Positions 7,773-18,477 of a DNA stretch of 40,451 nt are shown here, one piece after another. Position 1 is the stretch's first letter. Every line of letters starts with the position of its first letter. Origin of the DNA: a virus (lineage: Duplodnaviria; Caudoviricetes); IMG/VR virus record IMGVR_UViG_3300037195_000340, positions 1-40,451 of that record; one strand, given 5' to 3'. Position numbers and translations under genes: made by a program. Below the pieces are notes generated by a model that was not told where the DNA came from, did no database searches, and saw nothing but the letters and a program-made list of their open reading frames with translations.

Positions 7773-10700
7773 TTATTTTTCTTTGTCTACAAAATTGAAT
7801 AACTGTTGAAATCCAATCTGTCGATATATAGGGGAAGTTTTCAATAATTGCATACCTCCACCTTTCAAATCTCCTTGTAGTGTTTTCTCAGTTCCTTTAT
7901 AAATACCTCCTACTGCCTGTCCTGTTGGAGTAGTAGCTAAGTTAAAGAAGTTCTTAGAACGTCCTACTGAAGATGTTTTCTCGAATATAGGGTCAATACC
8001 AAAAGCTCCTGATATCGTATCAGATATCGTAGGTATATTACCTGCAATAGATGAACGAGAGAAACCAATAGCTGCTGCCTTGATTAATCCTTCGTCATAT
8101 AGGTCCACTTCCCTGTCACCACCTGCTCTTTGTATTCCCTGTCTTAGTGTTACTGATAACATTCCTAATGCTGTACCCCAGAATATCTTCTGAGCTGCTT
8201 TAACCATTTCAGCTTGATCTCCTCTCATTGAACTGATTGCTGCGTTAGATACTGCTTGTCCTGCTACCTTCGTAGTAGCATTAATAGTAAATGTACGGAA
8301 TTGGTTAAGTATCTGACCGACTGTAGTTGATTGCCACAGAGCCATCGTAGTACCATCAGGTGTTACTAGTATATGATTAGCTTGCATCTCAAGAACATCC
8401 CCGAATGCTCTAGCAGCATCTGAGTCCCAATCCTTAAGGTTAAGTTGAACTAAACGTCCATTTTCATCAAACTTAGCGTTTTTAATCATATTCTTTTTAA
8501 TCTTAGCATAATTATCATTAAAGATAAATTCACCTGCTTCATCAAACTTACCAAGATTAGAGTTCTCTAGTACTCTGTTAGATACGCCATTTGAACCGAA
8601 GAAAGCACTTAGTAAACCGCCTTTCTCCTTGTCGGTAAAGTGATTAGCCCATTTTATCGCTAAGGCATTAGCTGTCATTCTACGTCCAACAGTTTCAATA
8701 CCTCCGAAGGTACTGTGTGTAAGTCTACCAATACTGTCTATACCTTTTTCTACTGTACTACCTAGTCCTTGGTCGAATACTCTAGTTGCTCTTGACATAC
8801 CCTTAGTGTTCCATGATGTACCTTCTAGTCCTACACCAGTTATAGTACGTAATTCATCGTAAAGTACGTTTGTAAACTGAGAAGGTCTATCGGCATAAAG
8901 ATCGTAGATATGTTGTCTAAGTCCTCTCATGGCTTCTAAAGTAGAACCAACACCTGCTTCAACAAGTGTACCACCTATTTCTGCAATAGATGAAACCCCT
9001 GCGTATTGCATTAATCTAGCATAGTTATACTTTTTTACAAATCTTAGGAAATCATTAGCCATATCTTCATGTAGATCATCTAAACCTGACATACCTCCAA
9101 ACTTAAAGTTAGTAAGGTCTTGTCTCATAGCCTCAACAGCAAACTTAGCTTTTTGTCTAGGATTCTTTTCTCCCATCTTAGCAAATCTATCAATCTCGAA
9201 TTTCTCAGCATCCTTAATCCACTCGTCCATGTCATTAAGGTTCTTGATACCATGTTCAGCTGCAGAAATACGTGCTGACATTCTCTCTGTGTATCTACGT
9301 TGAGAATGTATTAGATTATCCTCTAATATATCAGATAATTGTCTACCATCTGGTAAAGTTACAGTTAAATCCATTTGTACTCTATTAGCTAGATCACCTG
9401 CATCATTCTTCTGTTTAAGATAAGTAAGTCTTTCAACTTCCGTTCTTAATACCTTAGCTTCCTTTCCATCTGTCTGATCTGCAAGTTTAGCAAGTTTCTT
9501 AATCCAATCTGCTTGTAATTCTTCAATTCTATGCAAGTCAGCATTCTGTAAACCATATGCGAATTTCTTAGCTTGACTACGTATATCAGCTTCGTCAAAT
9601 TCTAATTCCATTTTTCTCATATGACTCATCATAGCTTCTGCTACAGTTTCTTCAAGTTCTGTTTTATTAACAGCTCTTGCTTTGTTGAAATCCCAACTCC
9701 TATGGAACCAACCTTCTGTCGCATCAAAACTTACACCTTCAACACCTGCTGACTTAGCTTCATCAACTATTCTCTTATTTAGAGAATTAAAATCGTTAAC
9801 AAAATCATCAGCTATATCAGCAATGTTATCACCATATTTTCTACGGAACTGTTTACCTGTTTCATCAAGAAGTCTCTCACGAATCATAGGTATTACCTTG
9901 TTCTCATAGTCATCAGGGGATAATACTCCTTTAACTTTGTTACGTACTGAAGTACCACCTTCTAAAGCGTTATATAATCTCTCACCTTGTGTGTGAAAGA
10001 TATTCATTAATTCACCACCGTAAATCTTAGCATACTTCTGTTGAGATTCAATAGCACGAATACGTGATGTACCCATTCTACCTGCACCATCAGGAGCCAT
10101 CCAGTTATAGAAAGAAGCAACATAAGGATTCTCAGAGTTAACTAGGTTTCCCTTATTAAACAAGAATTGAGACATAGGACCATCTGTACTAGCCAGTTGA
10201 TTCAGTTTATCTCCTAAACCTAATTTACCAATTACAGGAACATCATCTAATTTCTTAACACTATCTGTACCTGCTAGTTTCTTAAATGTTTCATTAAGAT
10301 TAATTCTTCTATTTTCTCTCATTTCTGATAACTGTTGCATCATTACATTCGCATACTTCTTCTCACCTTCAATAACAAAATCAGCAGCAATATCAGGTGT
10401 ATCTAAACCAAGAAACTTACGTAGTGTCTCGTTGTTCTTCACATACTTCTTAGGGATATCTAGTTCTTCTGCGATTGTCTTAACTGAAAACTCAGGATTA
10501 ACCTGTGCTGACAGTTTAGGATGTGTACCATCTGCTAATGTAATAATCTCTTGTGGTAATTTCTTATCAAACTTGTCTAATTGACGTACAGCTTTTTGCT
10601 TACTTGTTTTAGCTTTCTTAAATACGTCTGTACCTTTCTTAGCTTGTTTAAGTATCTTATCTGATTTTTCAATCTTACGAAGTATTGATAATCTTTCAGC

Positions 10701-12512
10701 CTCTAAATTCTTACGAATCATTATAGCTGCATTTTTCTTTTTCTTAGTAACTCTTTCTGCTAATGCAACTGCCTGAGCATCATTAGTTCTTTTAGTTACT
10801 TCAGCAACTAAGTCTTTACCTTGTTTACTAGTAAGGTTAATAAAACCTCCTTCGTTACTCAGTAACTCCTTAGCTGTCTTTTGTATCTCTACAGAATCAT
10901 AAGCTGTCCTAAGACCTACACCTGCTCCAATAGCAAGTGCGAATATCGCAGGGTCAAACTCATATTCTCTATCATTATTAGCCCAGATAATCTCTTGAAT
11001 ACCTTGTTCACCTAGTTCACCTATAGCGTACTTAGTAACATTACGATATTTCTGTAAATCTCTAAGGCTTTTAATCTTAGTACCCATAGAAGCACCACCA
11101 ATTAATTCAGCAACTGGCATAAATGCAGCACCCTCAACTAACATATTAGCAACTGAGTTTGTACCTGATAACACTGGGTGTCTCCTAGCGTAGTCTTCCA
11201 TTTCATTCTTACGAATGAGATATGCTTGCATTGAAGATACATTAGTCATAAAATCACCATAGTTATTAGATGATTTAAGTACTTCTTCAATCATAGAATT
11301 ATCTAAATCTTTTACAAGGTCTTCATAACCTTCTACTTCTAAAGCATTAAAGTTAGGGTCTACATCTCCTGATGTTGTTAGTAAATCAACAGCACCTTGA
11401 GCGATAAAACCTAAAGCATTCTGGTCAATAAACTTATTAACTAGATCATCTCCCATGCCTTCAAACTCTAAGTTTTGAATATTGGTAATTACATTACTAT
11501 ATTCTTCCTCTCTAGCACCTAGGTCAAGTGTAGAATCTGTCTTTAATGTTGTATCTTCTTCAACCTGTGATTCCTCTAAAGCACCTTGTAACTCTTGGTC
11601 AAACTGAAATGGTCTCTCGGTACTACCAACTGTTTCCATAGCGACATCACTAGGTGTCTCCTGATAATCCTCCATTTCACTAGGTGCTACCTCGATGTTC
11701 TCAATTTTATTTGGAGTACTAAGGGATGGTTCCTGTGCTTGTAAGTCATAAAATTCTTCATCTGACTCTTGGACTTTATCTGTATTAACTGGATTAAGTA
11801 CTGACCTAGAAATTCCTTCTAAAGATTCTGATTCTGGGAGTACTAAAGTTGCTAGGTCTCTAACTGGTTCTGTCTGAGGTTCCTCTTGTGTTTCTAAGAC
11901 TTCACCACCTGTTTCTTCAACCTGTTCTTGTACTTGAGGTACTAATTCAGGGTTAGCAAATGCGTCCATCATTTTCTTGTATTCACTAGGTGTTCCCTCA
12001 GTTTTATCAAGAAATGAATTAGCTCTTTTCTCCCATATCCTCTGCCATGTCTCAGGTTTATTAAGAGACTTATAGTACTTTAAACGAGCCTCTACATATT
12101 CATTATTTGTAATCCCAGATTCTTCAATAGCTTTCAAAGTGTTAGGACCTATAATACCGTCTGGTTTAGCTCCTACAGCTTTCTGTAAACTACCTATACC
12201 ACCTCTAGGTCCTGCATTGATTGTCATATCTAATACATTTTTCTGGAGATGTTCAGGAAGTTTATCAATTTTATTTTTAACATAATAATCTTTATAAAGA
12301 ATATCTACCGCAGTTTCTTCACTTAAATTAAGCATTTCTTCCTTAGTAGGTGTACGTTTTAAATATGAAGCTAGAGCAGGTGCTGAAATACCATACTTAG
12401 TTCCTATATTCTTACCTTTTATAAAGTTACCTGTATCATCCTCACGATTTTGATACCCACCTTCATGTTTACCAATTACCGTTTCTTTAAGATATTTTCT
12501 GATATCTTCCAT
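7773..12512 (-). CDS. Internal virion protein D (gp16-like) with N-terminal GH108 muramidase
   Basis: HEGGYQNREDDTGN..GTKYGIS GH108 motif, LQKAVGAKPDGIIGPNTL PG-binding motif; size and synteny; C-terminal QFRTF motif. Confidence 0.88.
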   Translation of the reverse strand: MEDIRKYLKETVIGKHEGGYQNREDDTGNFIKGKNIGTKYGISAPALASYLKRTPTKEEMLNLSEETAVDILYKDYYVKNKIDKLPEHLQKNVLDMTINAGPRGGIGSLQKAVGAKPDGIIGPNTLKAIEESGITNNEYVEARLKYYKSLNKPETWQRIWEKRANSFLDKTEGTPSEYKKMMDAFANPELVPQVQEQVEETGGEVLETQEEPQTEPVRDLATLVLPESESLEGISRSVLNPVNTDKVQESDEEFYDLQAQEPSLSTPNKIENIEVAPSEMEDYQETPSDVAMETVGSTERPFQFDQELQGALEESQVEEDTTLKTDSTLDLGAREEEYSNVITNIQNLEFEGMGDDLVNKFIDQNALGFIAQGAVDLLTTSGDVDPNFNALEVEGYEDLVKDLDNSMIEEVLKSSNNYGDFMTNVSSMQAYLIRKNEMEDYARRHPVLSGTNSVANMLVEGAAFMPVAELIGGASMGTKIKSLRDLQKYRNVTKYAIGELGEQGIQEIIWANNDREYEFDPAIFALAIGAGVGLRTAYDSVEIQKTAKELLSNEGGFINLTSKQGKDLVAEVTKRTNDAQAVALAERVTKKKKNAAIMIRKNLEAERLSILRKIEKSDKILKQAKKGTDVFKKAKTSKQKAVRQLDKFDKKLPQEIITLADGTHPKLSAQVNPEFSVKTIAEELDIPKKYVKNNETLRKFLGLDTPDIAADFVIEGEKKYANVMMQQLSEMRENRRINLNETFKKLAGTDSVKKLDDVPVIGKLGLGDKLNQLASTDGPMSQFLFNKGNLVNSENPYVASFYNWMAPDGAGRMGTSRIRAIESQQKYAKIYGGELMNIFHTQGERLYNALEGGTSVRNKVKGVLSPDDYENKVIPMIRERLLDETGKQFRRKYGDNIADIADDFVNDFNSLNKRIVDEAKSAGVEGVSFDATEGWFHRSWDFNKARAVNKTELEETVAEAMMSHMRKMELEFDEADIRSQAKKFAYGLQNADLHRIEELQADWIKKLAKLADQTDGKEAKVLRTEVERLTYLKQKNDAGDLANRVQMDLTVTLPDGRQLSDILEDNLIHSQRRYTERMSARISAAEHGIKNLNDMDEWIKDAEKFEIDRFAKMGEKNPRQKAKFAVEAMRQDLTNFKFGGMSGLDDLHEDMANDFLRFVKKYNYARLMQYAGVSSIAEIGGTLVEAGVGSTLEAMRGLRQHIYDLYADRPSQFTNVLYDELRTITGVGLEGTSWNTKGMSRATRVFDQGLGSTVEKGIDSIGRLTHSTFGGIETVGRRMTANALAIKWANHFTDKEKGGLLSAFFGSNGVSNRVLENSNLGKFDEAGEFIFNDNYAKIKKNMIKNAKFDENGRLVQLNLKDWDSDAARAFGDVLEMQANHILVTPDGTTMALWQSTTVGQILNQFRTFTINATTKVAGQAVSNAAISSMRGDQAEMVKAAQKIFWGTALGMLSVTLRQGIQRAGGDREVDLYDEGLIKAAAIGFSRSSIAGNIPTISDTISGAFGIDPIFEKTSSVGRSKNFFNLATTPTGQAVGGIYKGTEKTLQGDLKGGGMQLLKTSPIYRQIGFQQLFNFVDKEK

Positions 12513-12533
12513 TGTAACTCCTTATCGTATAAA

Positions 12534-14684
12534 CTAAAGAGAAATAGCAAAGCCTGACTTATTGATTGTATCCAATGTTTCATTTCTACTTTTCCTCTCT
12601 TTTGTTAAACTCTTTAAGTATTCTTTCTCTATACGTTTCTTTTCTTTTGTCTGTAATTTATCATAGTTATTAGTAAATGTATCATAAGACATTCTAGTAT
12701 TAGCAACTCTTTTACCATCATAGAAAACTTCTATTTGTTTTGTTTTCTGGAAATCAGAAGTAGGTCGTATAGATATTCTATTACGGAACACATAATCATT
12801 ACCTAAATAAGTATCTGCTGTTTTAAAAGACTGTAATTGTGGTAAATTAGCCGCTACTTCAGCGAATGCTTCTTCTCTACCTCTAAAACTTACAAAATCT
12901 CCACCAATAGCAGACTCAGAACCATCAGGTGATTCAAATTTAAGATGTGTATTGTTAAACATTTCTTCAGCTTTCTCTTGAGCTTCTTCGACATCCATAC
13001 CACCTGCTAAGAACATAGATACATTATTTTCTAATGTCCTAGCTACATACCTAGGTGTAGAAAATTCGTCCCATGTCCATTCAGGAGAAGAACCTGCAAC
13101 CTCAGTTGACCACTCAGAAATCTCTGCTTGAGACATTTTAGCATCTACATCAGGGTCTCTAAAGCGTCCCCAAGAATCAATCTTCTTTTCTAAATTTGTA
13201 TTAAAGTTAGAATAAATCTCTTGAGCTTCTGCTGCATTAACTGAATTACTGTCGATACCTTCCAATAGATTTTTCATAAATGTCATACGTGATAAATCAG
13301 TTACATCAAATGCTGAATCTATAGAAGTAGCTGAAGATGCTGTAGCGGCACTTAGTTCCTCATAGGTGTTCACTTTGATTCGCATAGCGTCCGCAAAGTT
13401 AACAACAGTTTCTTCACCTGTCACTGGGTCAACATCTGTATAAGCACGTGGTTGAGTCTTAGCCCAAGCCTTCATTTCTTTAGGATGATCTCCACCTTCT
13501 TTGTAATACTGAGTTAACGCATATTTCATCTGGTCATCAGCCATTGCCTCTGTGATTCCCTGAGGTGACAAATCGTTAATCCCAGTGAGGGTAGAGAAAG
13601 CTTGAGTATGTACTTCATCCTTCTCTTTTTCTTTCCAATCTTGTCTCTCTAGGTAAGTATAATCACCTTGTTTAACAGCGTCTAAATATTCTTTTGTTTT
13701 ATTTCCTGTAGATACTCCTTTGTACATTTTCTGTTTTAATGTAAAAATATCCTTAGCTGAAGGTCTATATTCCTCAGGGATATTGTTCATCTTTTCTTGT
13801 ATAAATTGATCTACGTTTTTATCTGTAAGGAAACCTCCACTATCTGCGATAACATAAGCTTCTTCCTCTACAGTCTTAAAATTATTTTCTCTTTGCGCTG
13901 AAACAATACTAGTTGCTTTCTTTTCAGCCATACTGATGATGTTATCATAAGCAGGTACTGAACCAAACACTTTTTTCATTTCACCACTTTTTAATTTAGA
14001 TAAGAGTTTAGGATTACCTGATGTTACTGCTTCTTGCATTAAGGGTAAAGATAACTGTTCTAGTATCTCTTCCCTAGTAGCTCTTATGCTTTTCTCAGGA
14101 CCTACTCTTTCGTTTAGTGTTTCATCAATATACGTAACTAAATCTTCAGGAGACATGTCACTTCTGATCTTACCTATAATATCTTCTGAAAGTATCTGTC
14201 CTTGTTTCTGCTCATAAGCATCTCTTATTTGTTTACTATGTTTTTCTAAAAGTAAAGAGTTCTTTTGATCTAATTGTTCATTAATAAGTTCAAAATAAGG
14301 TTTATTATTTAGTCCTTTACTTTCTATATATTCATCTTTTAATTCTTTAGAATATTTAAGGATATCCTCATCTGTCAGATCAGCAAATTCTTTACCATCC
14401 GCCTTAGCTTTGGTCTCAAGACCTGAAGCATTATAATCAGCATAACCATTAGCATCTGCTTTAGCATCTAAACCATGAGTATCCTCTAATTCTTTTCTAT
14501 CTTTAACTATTTTATTTTCAACTGTTGTATTTGCTACACCTAGTAGTCCCCTGATTGAATCGGCGAAACCTCTTTTCTGAGCATCATACTCAGCTTGTAA
14601 GTCTCTCTCAGGTCCCGTAGGAGCTGCCGACTGTACTCGTCTATCAGTAGTAGGTGTTTCTACCTTTTGATAAAATTCTGTCAT
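12534..14684 (-). CDS. Internal virion protein C (gp15-like)
   Basis: 716 aa, helical character, lies between the gp14- and gp16-like genes. Confidence 0.75.
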   Translation of the reverse strand: MTEFYQKVETPTTDRRVQSAAPTGPERDLQAEYDAQKRGFADSIRGLLGVANTTVENKIVKDRKELEDTHGLDAKADANGYADYNASGLETKAKADGKEFADLTDEDILKYSKELKDEYIESKGLNNKPYFELINEQLDQKNSLLLEKHSKQIRDAYEQKQGQILSEDIIGKIRSDMSPEDLVTYIDETLNERVGPEKSIRATREEILEQLSLPLMQEAVTSGNPKLLSKLKSGEMKKVFGSVPAYDNIISMAEKKATSIVSAQRENNFKTVEEEAYVIADSGGFLTDKNVDQFIQEKMNNIPEEYRPSAKDIFTLKQKMYKGVSTGNKTKEYLDAVKQGDYTYLERQDWKEKEKDEVHTQAFSTLTGINDLSPQGITEAMADDQMKYALTQYYKEGGDHPKEMKAWAKTQPRAYTDVDPVTGEETVVNFADAMRIKVNTYEELSAATASSATSIDSAFDVTDLSRMTFMKNLLEGIDSNSVNAAEAQEIYSNFNTNLEKKIDSWGRFRDPDVDAKMSQAEISEWSTEVAGSSPEWTWDEFSTPRYVARTLENNVSMFLAGGMDVEEAQEKAEEMFNNTHLKFESPDGSESAIGGDFVSFRGREEAFAEVAANLPQLQSFKTADTYLGNDYVFRNRISIRPTSDFQKTKQIEVFYDGKRVANTRMSYDTFTNNYDKLQTKEKKRIEKEYLKSLTKERKSRNETLDTINKSGFAISL

Positions 14685-14692
14685 TTATCCTC

Positions 14693-15217
14693 CTATAGTC
14701 CTAAGAGCTTGTTAATATCTGAATTTATACCTTCTGTAGCGTTGTAAGCTCCTATAGCTCCTGTTATTTGGTCTAAAGGTGAATCACCCTCAGGTATTGC
14801 TCCTATATTTGTTGATTGAGCATTGATATCTTCTGTTTTTTGTAAGTTTTGTCTGTACATATCACCTAGTTGTTGATCTAGGGCTTTCTTATTTTGTACT
14901 TTATTCTTAGCTACTTGCGTATCTAGTTCATTCTCTAATTCAGAAACAGACGTACCTGAAATACCTGAACCTGCAAATGCTTCTTGTAAAGATGACTCAC
15001 CTTTGAGAGCATTTTCTTCCATCTGTATTTCTCTAGCTTGAGTAGCTTCTCTAGCTCTTTGAGCATTAGTAGCAAAATCTCCTGCTTGTCTAGCTCTAGC
15101 TCTATTCAACTTAGCACGTTGAAGTTTAGCATTCTGTACTGCTGCTTTTAGTTGTTTCTGTCTTTGAGAATGAGAACTAATCATCGAGGCGGCTGCCATT
15201 GCCATCTGTACGTACAT
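14693..15217 (-). CDS. Internal virion protein B (gp14-like)
   Basis: Ala/Gln-rich, AGSGISGTSV motif, synteny. Confidence 0.8.
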   Translation of the reverse strand: MYVQMAMAAASMISSHSQRQKQLKAAVQNAKLQRAKLNRARARQAGDFATNAQRAREATQAREIQMEENALKGESSLQEAFAGSGISGTSVSELENELDTQVAKNKVQNKKALDQQLGDMYRQNLQKTEDINAQSTNIGAIPEGDSPLDQITGAIGAYNATEGINSDINKLLGL

Positions 15218-15230
15218 TATTCCTCCTTAT

Positions 15231-15261
15231 AAAAGGGGCATACGATTCTAATGTATACCCC
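15231..15261 (-). terminator. Intrinsic terminator-like hairpin after tail tubular B
   Basis: GGGGUAUAC-AUUAGAAUC-GUAUGCCCC-UUUU. Confidence 0.7.
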
Positions 15262-15276
15262 AAATTACAGTAGGAA

Positions 15277-18200
15277 CTATATATTCCTACCTCTTGTTAT
15301 CATCTGTCCTTGCCATTCAGTAGCAAGTAAATTCATTGGTGTTGTGTCTAGTGTTCTAATAGTTATTCTGCTGTACTTAGCAAAAGTATTAATAGGAAAT
15401 CTGAAATTGATATCAGATACCGTACCTCTACCTACTACAAAACTACCTACTGGTTTACCTGTAAATTTCTTTACAACGTCTGGTCTATTTTCTAAGTTAA
15501 CAGTTACCTCAAATATACCACTCTTTCCTAATAGTAATCGCATACGTCTTAACATTAACTTAGAGAAGTTCATAACCGTATAACCACCTTCATTACTAGG
15601 TACTCTAGGAACTACCTTACTTAGTTCTACACTGGTCTCGAAAGGTATCCCAAATAGTACTCGTTCAGCTTGTTCTGTAGTTTCTACTAGTTCATATCTA
15701 TATACTGAGTAATAACCATTACCTTGATCTTCACCTTTATAATATTTATAATTACCTTCTGTGTGATCTTCTGAGAAATCCCCTCCACCTGCTACTGTAA
15801 CAGTATCATTCCATACTATGTTAACCTGTGAATCAACTACTTGCCAATAGTAATCATTAGTTCCTGAATTATTGAAAGCAGGTTCCTCTAGGTTTGTCTC
15901 TAATACTTGTAGCTGTTCTGTAGCTGCATTGCCTTCTTCCTTAGTAGCATAACGAAAACCACTACGTATATTTACCGCTGCAAATTCTGGAAAGTTCCTT
16001 ATAGGAAAAAAGTCTTCAGTATATAAATCCATATAAGGTGTCCATCCAATGTTTACCTCATCTCTTACTTCTTCAACATCCTGAGGAGATAAAGTATATT
16101 TAGCTACCATTGTATAAGTATTAGTAAATGTATCATTAGCTGACATTAGTATAATTAACTCATTATTAAAGAAATAGAAATGTTCTACATCATAAGGTAC
16201 TGTCCATTTATGCCAAGCATTCTGAATAATCTGACCTCCTGTATGATATGTATTCTGTACATACAGAGTCTTAGTATCATCATCTGTTCTAATAACAGCT
16301 AAACCTGAGTCATATCCCATATCAAGAACACGTCCTTTAATGTATTGAGGACAATGTTTAGTCATATCAATATTCTCATACACGTTGTTACCTAGGGGAG
16401 CATAGTTGTGTATCCTCGTAGAACCTAGTGTAGATAGTGCGAAATATAAACTATTACCAACTGGTAAAGGTTTAGTGTCACCTAGTGTATATGAACTTAC
16501 CTCAGATAATCTTGCTGATGTCAAATCAAAAGCATTGTTAACTAAGAGAACAGACTGAGAATACCCAGTGTTAACTAATAATCTACCTTCATACGATACC
16601 ACATGTTTAATAGTGTTATATCCAATTTTAGAACTATCTAACTTTATATCTTTTCTATCAGATTGTTTTACTAAAGATGTAGTAGTTCTAAAGAATTGTA
16701 AAGGCTGATCTATAGCACTTAGCACTAAAGTATCATCCGTAGCAAACCCAAGTCTATTACCATAGAAGAACATATCATTAATAGTTCTATCTACAAAAGA
16801 AGGGTCTTTGTTAGACTCATTATCCCCTGCTTCTGAGAAATCCCAGAATATAGGTTTAATTGTTATCTCTCCTGTTTCTCTAAACTCTTGTTTATCAATT
16901 ACATACGGCATAGTTAACTGATCTAAGAACCTAGTTTCATCTAATGGTTTCTCTTTCCATCCTTTGAAACCTGCATCATAAGTCATATAATAGTTAGACG
17001 CAGCTTCTCCTTGTGAAGCATTTACACGGACTGTAAATCCTTGTACAAATAGAGGAGGTAATGAAGTGATCTCTGTAAGACCTGCTGTGTTACCCTCGGT
17101 TGCTCTAGGTACCCCTGTGATTGACGAGGTGTCAAAGTTATTTGTCACATCAATACTAGTTATTTCATATCCTGCATTCATTAGAATATAAATAGCATTA
17201 TCGTATGTTGTAGATACTAAATTAGTATCTGAGTTTAAATCTGTTGATAATGTATCTGCTACCCAGTTTAACTTAATGTTACTAGCTGTACTTCCTACAC
17301 TAGCTGTCGCTGTAGCGGTAAGAGGTGTGCTAGGTGCTGTCACATCATAATAGTTTAAAGTAATATCATATGTTTGATCTTGGGAAACACCTGTTATCCA
17401 TACCATACCATCTGTTGCACCCTGTGTGCTTGTAGATGATTGATTAGGTGTGGTTACTGTTGGAGAATACGTATCTGTGTTATATACTGTCTGTATTCTC
17501 TTTATTTTGTAGTAGAAATCAGTACTACCTAATGCCCAGTAAGCACCTTTATAATACTTACTATCTCCTATAACTAAAATATTACTTGTACTATTTCTTG
17601 TAGCTATTGTTGAGTTATTATAAACCCATTTCTGTCTCTGTGAGAAAGACCTACTAATAGATACGTAGAAATCTGATCCAGAAGACTTCCCTATCCATCC
17701 ACTATCTATTTCTTCTGTCCAATCCCACTCTAAATCTACATTATCCACTGTAGTACACGTAGGTAACACCCATCCACTAGGTATCTCTCTGAATGAAATC
17801 CTAAATCTTTCTTTAGAACCTTCACCAACGATCTCTCCTGTTTGAGCAACAAGAGCTGTATTAGCGTTATATGTACTTACTATATCTGATACTGTGGTAT
17901 CTTTATCAACTAGGATATCTATAGTTTCCTCAGTAACTGCTGAGAAATTAGGGTCTCTAACTGCTGTAAATCTTAAGTAATAACTACCTCTTTCCCATCT
18001 ATCATCTTGTATATTAGTTCTATCATTGACTGTTGAAATATCAAAATAAGTTGTTCTACCTGATGCCGTACCTACTTTCTGTTTCTTATTTAGAATATAA
18101 ACTCTTTCTTTATCTTCTAATATAGAAATATCTTCAGGTAACGCTCCTTTGAAGTATGAACCATCTTGTAAACTTATAGTTACATCAGGGTCATCCGTTC

Positions 18201-18474
18201 TCAAAGGGATATAAGTAACTTGGTTAACAGGGTGATCTGCATTTAAAGCAATACAATGACTAACTCCGTCAATATTAAAACTTATCTTGGTATAGTCTCT
18301 GATATATTTAGGGGCTACGTTCATTAGTTCTAAACCATTTCTTCTAGTTAAACCTCTTGTAATATCAGAGTAAGCATTAATCTGTTCCTCTACTTGATTA
18401 TCTAATCTTACTGTAGGGTCCTGTTCAGATACTCCGTTAATCAGGTTAGTAACTGAATGATTAACTAATGTCAT
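15277..18474 (-). CDS. Tail tubular protein B / nozzle (gp12-like), enlarged
   Basis: NLINGVSEQDPTVR N-terminus, PSFVDRTINDMFFYGNRLGF, QNAWHKW motifs. Confidence 0.93.
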   Translation of the reverse strand: MTLVNHSVTNLINGVSEQDPTVRLDNQVEEQINAYSDITRGLTRRNGLELMNVAPKYIRDYTKISFNIDGVSHCIALNADHPVNQVTYIPLRTDDPDVTISLQDGSYFKGALPEDISILEDKERVYILNKKQKVGTASGRTTYFDISTVNDRTNIQDDRWERGSYYLRFTAVRDPNFSAVTEETIDILVDKDTTVSDIVSTYNANTALVAQTGEIVGEGSKERFRISFREIPSGWVLPTCTTVDNVDLEWDWTEEIDSGWIGKSSGSDFYVSISRSFSQRQKWVYNNSTIATRNSTSNILVIGDSKYYKGAYWALGSTDFYYKIKRIQTVYNTDTYSPTVTTPNQSSTSTQGATDGMVWITGVSQDQTYDITLNYYDVTAPSTPLTATATASVGSTASNIKLNWVADTLSTDLNSDTNLVSTTYDNAIYILMNAGYEITSIDVTNNFDTSSITGVPRATEGNTAGLTEITSLPPLFVQGFTVRVNASQGEAASNYYMTYDAGFKGWKEKPLDETRFLDQLTMPYVIDKQEFRETGEITIKPIFWDFSEAGDNESNKDPSFVDRTINDMFFYGNRLGFATDDTLVLSAIDQPLQFFRTTTSLVKQSDRKDIKLDSSKIGYNTIKHVVSYEGRLLVNTGYSQSVLLVNNAFDLTSARLSEVSSYTLGDTKPLPVGNSLYFALSTLGSTRIHNYAPLGNNVYENIDMTKHCPQYIKGRVLDMGYDSGLAVIRTDDDTKTLYVQNTYHTGGQIIQNAWHKWTVPYDVEHFYFFNNELIILMSANDTFTNTYTMVAKYTLSPQDVEEVRDEVNIGWTPYMDLYTEDFFPIRNFPEFAAVNIRSGFRYATKEEGNAATEQLQVLETNLEEPAFNNSGTNDYYWQVVDSQVNIVWNDTVTVAGGGDFSEDHTEGNYKYYKGEDQGNGYYSVYRYELVETTEQAERVLFGIPFETSVELSKVVPRVPSNEGGYTVMNFSKLMLRRMRLLLGKSGIFEVTVNLENRPDVVKKFTGKPVGSFVVGRGTVSDINFRFPINTFAKYSRITIRTLDTTPMNLLATEWQGQMITRGRNI

Positions 18475-18477
18475 AAA

